From an uncultured bacterium (lineage in GTDB: Bacteria; Patescibacteriota; Minisyncoccia; UBA6257; 2-01-FULL-56-20): a stretch of DNA of 64,000 nucleotides. The notes beneath the pieces were generated by a model. The model was not told where the DNA came from. It saw only the letters and a program-made list of their open reading frames with translations, and searched no databases. Below, piece by piece: positions 57,698 to 64,000 of the stretch. The stretch is from assembly GCA_963725235.1 (NCBI GenBank), contig CAVRXN010000001.1, forward strand, positions 40,041 to 104,040, written 5' to 3'. Both the position numbers and the translations under genes were made by a program. Positions within the stretch are counted from its first letter, which is position 1. Every line of letters starts with the position of its first letter.

Positions 57698-58099
57698 ATG
57701 GGCAACAGGCCAATACATTTCGAAGTGCAGGCGGATGATGCGGAGCGGGCGAAAAAGTTTTATGAGGCGACGCTCGGGTGGAAGATTGAGAAAAACACCA
57801 TGCCGGGTGTTGGGATGGATTATTGGATATTGAAAACTGGCGATGGGCCGGGGATTGATGGCGGTATGTACAAACGCGCCGATAATCCGGCGCGCAAACT
57901 AAACAGCTTCGACTGCACGATTACGGTCGACGACATGGACAAGGTCATCGCGGCGATCAAGGCAAACGGCGGGACGATCCAGGCGTGGGAGGGAAAAGAG
58001 AAGTGGATGATGCAGGGCTTGGGCTGGTTCTCACGCGCGACCGATACGGAAGGCAACATGTTCGGCTTGCTGCAGCCGACGGACTGGCAGCCGAAGTAA
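57698..58099 (+). CDS. VOC/glyoxalase-family protein
   Basis: 133 aa; HFEVQADDAERAKKFY...GNMFGLLQ pattern. Confidence 0.75.
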   Translation: MGNRPIHFEVQADDAERAKKFYEATLGWKIEKNTMPGVGMDYWILKTGDGPGIDGGMYKRADNPARKLNSFDCTITVDDMDKVIAAIKANGGTIQAWEGKEKWMMQGLGWFSRATDTEGNMFGLLQPTDWQPK

Positions 58100-58100
58100 A

Positions 58101-58304
58101 CTACTTGTTCAGGTATTTGCCGGCAACGCTTAACGCGAATGAAGGCAATATAATAAAGACCGACGCAAACAGAAGTCTTGTTAATACAAAACCCAGGGTT
58201 GATTTGCTTGCGAGCCCATCAGGCAATAGGAGGACTATTAATATGCCGATAATGCCAAAAGCGATTGATGCCCAGATGAATATTCGAGTAGCTGTTTTTT
58301 GCAT
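58101..58304 (-). CDS. small 2-TM membrane protein
   Basis: ORF track, 67 aa, two hydrophobic helices. Confidence 0.45.
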   Translation of the reverse strand: MQKTATRIFIWASIAFGIIGILIVLLLPDGLASKSTLGFVLTRLLFASVFIILPSFALSVAGKYLNK

Positions 58305-58354
58305 GGTTCAAGTATAGCACGGTTCCCGAATCTCTATTTTGCGCATCGCACGGT

Positions 58355-59539
58355 TTAGAAGGCAGATCTCACCGTCGTCAGCACCATACCCCATGCTTCG
58401 CGCACGATCGGGAAGAGTATGCCTCCGGTGTAAACCACAAGATACAGCGCAAAGAGAAAGAAAATGGATTGCACGAGGTCATTGAAGAAGCTGTAATTGC
58501 TCCAGTGTTGTGGCCGCGCGTTTTTCATCAGGAGTTTTAACGGCAAGGCGAGTACATAGAGGAGCGCGGTGATAAAGACGATGGCGAGGATTGTTGGATG
58601 AGCGATGTTTGTCAGCGCAGCGATCGAATATCCGAACAATGCGGCGTGTGTAAGAATGGACCACAGCGCTAGTGCCCAGACGACAACGAGCGCAGCGATG
58701 ACGAGGCCGAGGACGAAGCGGAAGAATCCGGCGCCGGATACTTCGTGGTGGCGGGCTTTGATCCGTTCGGCGCGGCGGCGTGCTTTTTCAGCATGCCGGT
58801 CGGCTCGCTTTTCGGTCCACTGATTTGCCCTCATCTCGTTCTTCCAATTTTTCATTTCATCTTTCCACTTGCGCCATTCTTCTTTGTCGGTTGGATCTGC
58901 CGGCGTTGCGGGCATTGATGATGCGTGCGGATGATTTTTCTGGAACTCCGCGTAGCGCTGTTTTGCCTGCTCTATGAATTCATTCGCGCTGAACGGCATT
59001 TGTCCGTGTGCGCGTTCGCGTTCTTCTTCTGTGCGTGCAACTGGCATCACGATCCAAAGGATGATGTAGATGAGGATCATGAAGCCGTGCGTCAGCAGGC
59101 CGAGGATGACGAAGAGGATGCGGATGAGTGTCGTGTCGAGGTTAAAGTATGCGCCGAGTCCGTTGCAGACGCCGGCGATCCATTCGCCTTGGACGATGCG
59201 ATAGAGGCGGCGAGGGCGATGGCCGGCGGCGGATGCGTCCGCGCCGCCAGGGCGTTCATTCGTTTGTTTTTCTGCGGCTCTACCTTCAGTTTCCACCGGC
59301 CCCATCTTTGCGATGATCGCTTCGATTTCGCTCGTCGTGATGACGTCTTTGCCGCCGGTTAAATATTGTCCACACTTTTCGGCGATGGCTTGTTCGAAGT
59401 CGCCCATGACCTCGTCTTTGTCCGGATTGCCCTCGAGCTTTGCGGCGGCTTGATCGAGATATTTTCGCAAGAGTTCATACCCGGCCTCTTCGACCTGATA
59501 TGCTTTGCCGTTTAAATTGATTGTGGTTACTTTGTTCAT
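58355..59539 (-). CDS. PspC-domain membrane protein
   Basis: Likely start MNKVTTINLNGK at 59539. LYRIVQGEWIAGVCNGLGAYFNLDTTLIRILFVIL is a PspC domain. Lies downstream of padR. Confidence 0.8.
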   Translation of the reverse strand: MNKVTTINLNGKAYQVEEAGYELLRKYLDQAAAKLEGNPDKDEVMGDFEQAIAEKCGQYLTGGKDVITTSEIEAIIAKMGPVETEGRAAEKQTNERPGGADASAAGHRPRRLYRIVQGEWIAGVCNGLGAYFNLDTTLIRILFVILGLLTHGFMILIYIILWIVMPVARTEEERERAHGQMPFSANEFIEQAKQRYAEFQKNHPHASSMPATPADPTDKEEWRKWKDEMKNWKNEMRANQWTEKRADRHAEKARRRAERIKARHHEVSGAGFFRFVLGLVIAALVVVWALALWSILTHAALFGYSIAALTNIAHPTILAIVFITALLYVLALPLKLLMKNARPQHWSNYSFFNDLVQSIFFLFALYLVVYTGGILFPIVREAWGMVLTTVRSAF

Positions 59540-59556
59540 GATTTTGATGTCGTCGA

Positions 59557-59892
59557 TTAAATCGATGTCGCCTTTGCTAATTTCTTGATCGTCTTGTTGA
59601 GCTGTTCCCAATACTTATTTAATATTTCCAGTTGTTCTTCTCCCTTGCTCGTCAGCTGATAATATTTTCGCGGTGGACCCGCGTCCGATTCCTTCCATTC
59701 ATATTCCAGAAGCTCTTCGCGCCGGAGCCGGGAAAGCAGGGGATAGAGCGTGCCCTCCTGCGTGGCAAACTCCGTTTGCATCAGAATCTCGAGGATGTCT
59801 GCTGCGTACACTTTCCGGGCCGATACGACGCTTAATACAACAAACTCCAGCAGGCCTTTGCGGATCGGATCAAACTTGTCTTTGGTCTCCAT
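59557..59892 (-). CDS. PadR-family transcriptional regulator
   Basis: LLEFVVLSVV...GTLYPLLSRLRREELLEYEW winged helix. Confidence 0.85.
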   Translation of the reverse strand: METKDKFDPIRKGLLEFVVLSVVSARKVYAADILEILMQTEFATQEGTLYPLLSRLRREELLEYEWKESDAGPPRKYYQLTSKGEEQLEILNKYWEQLNKTIKKLAKATSI

Positions 59893-59977
59893 ACAGTCAT
59901 TATAGCAAGGTACCTTTTTGTGTCAAGGTAGTGGGGTGGGGATAGCGGATATGTGGTAAAATAACTACAACAAAAAC

Positions 59978-60454
59978 ATGCAATCAAAAAACACTATTTG
60001 TCTCTGGTTCGAAAAAGATGCGGAAGCGGCCGCGAAGTTTTATGCGGCTACGTTTCCTGATAGCAAAGTGACCGGCGTCCATCGTGCGCCCAGTGATTTT
60101 CCGGATGGCAAGGAGGGCGACGTACTAACGGTGGAATTTACCGTTTGTGGAATCCCTTGCCTTGGCCTCAACGGCGGCCCAACGTTCAAGCAGAGCGAAG
60201 CATTTTCATTCGTGATCGCGACGGAAGATCAGGAAGAAACGGATCGCTATTGGAACGCGATCGTCGGGAATGGCGGCGCTGAAAGCCAATGTGGATGGTG
60301 CAAGGATCGCTGGGGAATTTCCTGGCAGATCACGCCGCGCGCGCTGACCGACGCCATGGCCGCCGGTGGCGACGAGGCAAAACGTGCATTTGAAGCGATG
60401 ATGAAAATGAAAAAGATCGACGTCGCGGCGATTGAGGCGGCGCGGAGAGGGTAG
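59978..60454 (+). CDS. VOC-superfamily protein (PhnB / 3-demethylubiquinone methyltransferase-like fold)
   Basis: ICLWFEKDAEAAAKFYAATFPDS...CGWCKDRWGISWQI pattern. Confidence 0.75.
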   Translation: MQSKNTICLWFEKDAEAAAKFYAATFPDSKVTGVHRAPSDFPDGKEGDVLTVEFTVCGIPCLGLNGGPTFKQSEAFSFVIATEDQEETDRYWNAIVGNGGAESQCGWCKDRWGISWQITPRALTDAMAAGGDEAKRAFEAMMKMKKIDVAAIEAARRG

Positions 60455-60521
60455 GCAACTACCGCGAAGGTATAAAAATTCCATAAAGGGTCCCGGTTCG
60501 CACGCACTAACCATGAGTCGG

Positions 60522-60592
60522 CTGGGGGGCAGGGATTCGAACCCCGATAAATTCCTTCAAAGGGAACTGTCCTGCCGTTAGACGACCCCCCA
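60522..60592 (-). tRNA. tRNA-Gln(UUG)
   Basis: Minus strand TGGGGGGTCGTCTAACGGCAGGACAGTTCCCTTTGAAGGAATTTATCGGGGTTCGAATCCCTGCCCCCCAG. It has U1-A72, anticodon loop CTTTGAA, T loop TTCGAAT and G73, like E. coli tRNA-Gln. Confidence 0.9.
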
Positions 60593-60593
60593 A

Positions 60594-61283
60594 TTAACGA
60601 ATCGATTCTACCACGCCCTGCGTCCACCCTGCAATCTTTCTGTTGAGTGACGAACTCGCTTTCACATTTATCCGTATAGTTCCATGATAACTTGTCCCGA
60701 CATTCTTGCGAAGCGTCCTTGGGTTGCCCTGCTTATAGTAGATATGCTGAATATGATTTTGTGATGGGTCGATAATGTTATTCCAGAATTGGGAGATCTC
60801 AACGGTCCGTTCCCGTTGTATTTCATGAATATAGAGATCGATAGTGAGATCATCGAAACCTTTGCCAAAGATTTCTTTTAACCAATGAATAAAGAAAAGG
60901 ATCATCGTCGGGTCGGTATTGGTAAATTGGATTCCACAACCGGGATCGTACTCTTTTTCCTTTGAGCCTTCTGCCCAATAAAGCATCGTGCCCATCAGCC
61001 AGAATTCTCGTTTTGTAAGTGCTCCGATATCTAATTTGGCCTCGCTCATGATCGATGTTTGAATAGCTATACGTTTGCGTCGTGTCGCTTCTGCGCCACG
61101 TTTCATTGAAGCTAGCCTCTTTTCAGTCAGCAGTTGCTTTTGACATTTGGCCAAGTCGACCGAATGAAGCCATCTTGAGATTGTGGCTTTTGCAACCGGA
61201 ACCTGCTCCATTATCTCCCGATAAGTGAGTCCCTGCTGTCGCAGCTTAATTGCTTGTTCTTTCAAATGAGATTTTGTTTTCAT
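60594..61283 (-). CDS. HTH plus single-motif LAGLIDADG-like homing-endonuclease-like protein
   Basis: Start MKTKSHLKEQ at 61283. Resolvase-type HTH GLTYREIMEQVPVAKATISRWL. FWLMGTMLYWAEGSK resembles a LAGLIDADG motif with an acidic residue. The stop is 1 nt from tRNA-Gln position 1. Confidence 0.5.
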   Translation of the reverse strand: MKTKSHLKEQAIKLRQQGLTYREIMEQVPVAKATISRWLHSVDLAKCQKQLLTEKRLASMKRGAEATRRKRIAIQTSIMSEAKLDIGALTKREFWLMGTMLYWAEGSKEKEYDPGCGIQFTNTDPTMILFFIHWLKEIFGKGFDDLTIDLYIHEIQRERTVEISQFWNNIIDPSQNHIQHIYYKQGNPRTLRKNVGTSYHGTIRINVKASSSLNRKIAGWTQGVVESIR

Positions 61284-61360
61284 GAAGTTGTATAATATAA
61301 GTGTGAACGTGTTAATAAAAAAGGTCAAAAAGTTTTTAATAAAAATTTAATCATTATTTA

Positions 61361-62002
61361 ATGAAATACGAACTTCCACCGCTCCCATATGCCTATGACG
61401 CGCTCGAGCCGTACATCGATGCGAAAACGATGGAGATCCATTACACGAAGCACCACCAGACATACGTGACAAAGCTGAACGAGGCGCTCGCGACGGCGCC
61501 GGCGGAGATCGCCGACAAGCCACTCGAGGAATTGCTCGCGAATCTCGACGCGGTGCCGGAGTCGATCCGCACGGCTGTTCGCAACCATGGCGGGGGACAC
61601 AGCAACCATTCTTTCTTCTGGACGATCATGGGACCGGCGGCTGGCGGTGCGAAGGGCGGCGCAGGCGCCGCGCCAGTTCCGGATGAAAAAGGAAAACTTT
61701 CGGCGGCGATTGTCGAAACGTTCGGCGGCTTCCCGAAATTCCAAACCGAGTTTGCGAAAGCGGCCGCCGGTGTGTTCGGTTCCGGATGGGCATGGTTGGT
61801 ACAAGACAAAAGCGGCAAGTTAAGCATCGCGACGACACCGAATCAGGACAGCCCGTTGATGAATCAGCAGAAACCGGTGCTCGGGCTCGATGTCTGGGAG
61901 CACGCGTACTATATTAAACATACGTCGGATCGCAAAGGGTATATAGAAGATTGGTGGAACGTCGTGAATTGGAAGGAAGTTGAGAAGCAAATAGCAGGAT
62001 AG
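61361..62002 (+). CDS. Fe/Mn superoxide dismutase
   Basis: [29 protein letters not shown], and [10 protein letters not shown] signature. Confidence 0.95.
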   Translation: MKYELPPLPYAYDALEPYIDAKTMEIHYTKHHQTYVTKLNEALATAPAEIADKPLEELLANLDAVPESIRTAVRNHGGGHSNHSFFWTIMGPAAGGAKGGAGAAPVPDEKGKLSAAIVETFGGFPKFQTEFAKAAAGVFGSGWAWLVQDKSGKLSIATTPNQDSPLMNQQKPVLGLDVWEHAYYIKHTSDRKGYIEDWWNVVNWKEVEKQIAG

Positions 62003-62048
62003 CTCATACACAGGGAGAATCTCCGAAATTCTCGGTATAATAGAGAGG

Positions 62049-64000
62049 ATGAAAGAGATCGAGGAGATCCTCTATGGTAAGAATGTCCTGAATCTTAAGC
62101 CGGCTTTTCGGTTGCGGCATCCGTGGGTTTGGTGGATGGGATGCGCCGCGATTGCCGTTATCGCTTTTGTTGGCTTGCGGAGTATCATGACCCGCGCCGA
62201 AACGCAGGATTTTTATCCGACGACCTGTCTCGGCGATTGGCAAAACCCTGCGAGTGCGCAGGGCCAACCGGAAACACTTACGGTGGGAACGCCATTTACT
62301 TCGGCAAACTCTGCGATGGATAATGCTTCCGCGACGCAGATTTTCTGTGGCGGTTTTTTGCCGCCTGGCGTTCCGACTTCGAGTAATATTACGAACGTTG
62401 GTTTGACACTCGTTTGGCAAATTGGTGATGTTGCGACGACAACCGGTGAAGCGGCACCGATTGTCGTGAATACGGCGAGCATTGCGGCCACGAGTACTGT
62501 CCCCACGAGTACCGCGACGGTTGCGACGAGCAGTGATGATAGCGAGGTTGTGGCGACGACGAGCGATGCGACAACGACGGTTGCGCCGCCCGTGATTGCG
62601 CCGACGCCTGACAATTCTTCGGATGACACGACCACTCAAACCAGCTTCTTGCGTTTGATGATGCCGATCGCATTCGCTGATGACAATGCATCTGATGCTA
62701 TGGCGACGACAACCGTTTCGTCGACGCCTCCCATAGCACCCCCCCGCCTCCGCCAACGCCCGACGACAACTTTTTACAAGTGAGCTACAGCACCGATGGG
62801 CAGAATTGGATCGATATCGCGGAGGTGAATGCCGCGAACTGGCCGAACTTTACGGTTACGCTGCCGATTTCAAATTGGCAGGACTTGGCGAATTTGCAAG
62901 TGCGGATCGAAAATATTGCAACGACGCAGGATCCGGTTCCGCCGGTCTATCTTGACGGCATGTTCGTCGAGGCGCATTACGAAGTGCCGTCGGCGTTGCC
63001 GGCGACGAACGGGATCGCCGATGCACCAACGATACTTTTGGAAAATTCGGCCGGCGTTACGGTCGTATCCGGCTCGTCGGCGTTCGGTCCTGATGAAAAT
63101 CCTGTTTTCAACATCACCGATCCCAACCTTTCGGCGAGTGATATTGATCAACTCATTCAAAACAACCAGGCGGAGATCGTGAATGATCCGAATAACATTT
63201 TAGAGACAGAAGCGGCGTCGACCACTGCGGCGAGCTCAACCGATACCTCTTCGACCGATTCAACGCTTTCTTCCTTCCTCGACATCCCGACGGCTCGCGC
63301 CGATGGGCCGCCGCCGGATACTCCTGACATTGTCGATGCGACCGTGCTGAATGCGGATGGCAGTCCGAGTGGGCTGACAACGCAGATTAATCAAGGGCAG
63401 GTCATCGTCGACAAGGACTCGCGGCAATTCCAACCAGGCAAGTACACGCTTCGTGTTGCGGTAAAAACCGACGAAGCGATTATCATTTCAGAGCAGGATT
63501 TTACTTGGGGCGTGCTCGCGATTAATACCAATAAGTCGATTTACGAGCCCGGCGACGATGCAAATCTCGCAATGGGTGTTTTGGATAATGATGGTAATAC
63601 GATTTGCGATGCGGATCTCACGCTCGTGATCACGAGTCCGTCGGGTGATGCGGAGACTTTAAGCTCGGCAAACGGCGGAATACAAAATAGCGGACTTTGC
63701 GCAGGCAATACCGACGTCGACGTTCCAGATTATTCGGCGAGCTACACGATTCCACAAGAGATTGGTACATATCAAATGTCGTTTACCGCAGTGACTGACG
63801 AAGGTACGAATACTATCGAGGATTCATTCGAAGTCGAAACGGCGGTGCCGTTCGATATCAGTCGCACGGGGCCGACCCGTATTTTTCCGGTCGACCCGTA
63901 TCCTGTCAGTATTTCGATAACGCCGGTGGCGAATTGGCAAGGGGTCGTGGCGGAAACCGTACCGGCGAGTTTTCAAATATCGCCATCGGACCAAGGTGTT
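62049..64000 (+). CDS. large secreted/surface protein, partial (runs off right edge), one frame disruption at a C7 run (62739-62745)
   Basis: ORF 62049..62783 (TM, Thr/Ala/Ser-rich). An open frame then runs from about 62775 to 64000 (VSYSTDGQNWIDIAEV...TWGVLAINTNKSIYEPGDDANLAMGVLDNDGNTICDADL...) with Ig/MG-like repeats. Confidence 0.7.

Overview
This 64-kb window is a gene-dense bacterial chromosome segment, fairly GC-rich overall, with several visibly AT-richer patches. I infer a small-genome, CPR/Patescibacteria-like organism. The reasons are many PEGA, Gmad2 and LTD-type secreted proteins, a LAGLIDADG-like ORF, an intron-bearing tRNA, and most genes starting a few nt after an extended -10 box with no Shine-Dalgarno.

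The backbone is housekeeping:
- fur and an NRAMP transporter
- tgt
- an F1Fo ATP synthase operon (atpBEFHAGDC)
- ogt, nth, an M16 peptidase, and an AI-2E permease
- metG, tatD, leuS, and htrA
- an OmpR/His-kinase pair and an ABC importer
- class I ribonucleotide reductase (nrdAB)
- zwf-gnd-pgi
- padR-pspC
- a Fe/Mn superoxide dismutase

The most notable observations are:
1. leuS encodes about 300 extra residues. They form an apparently intact Ser-Asp-His alpha/beta-hydrolase domain and a domain with a perfect Nudix box, inserted on either side of the CP1 editing domain.
2. A tRNA-Asn(GUU) gene is split by a 290-nt group I intron.
3. The ATP synthase operon is interrupted by two AT-rich cassettes. 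One is an antisense two-gene membrane-protein module flanked by an 18-bp direct repeat that duplicates the atpC start.
4. One 594-aa protein combines a class II terpene-cyclase-like DxDDT half with a DDxxD/DDxxD class I isoprenoid-enzyme-like half.
5. zwf and gnd form one continuous reading frame.

About 30 frame disruptions cluster strongly in the atp and nrd genes, while roughly 24 kb elsewhere has none. I read these mainly as consensus or assembly indels, but this needs read-level checking. No rRNA, CRISPR array or prophage structural genes were seen.
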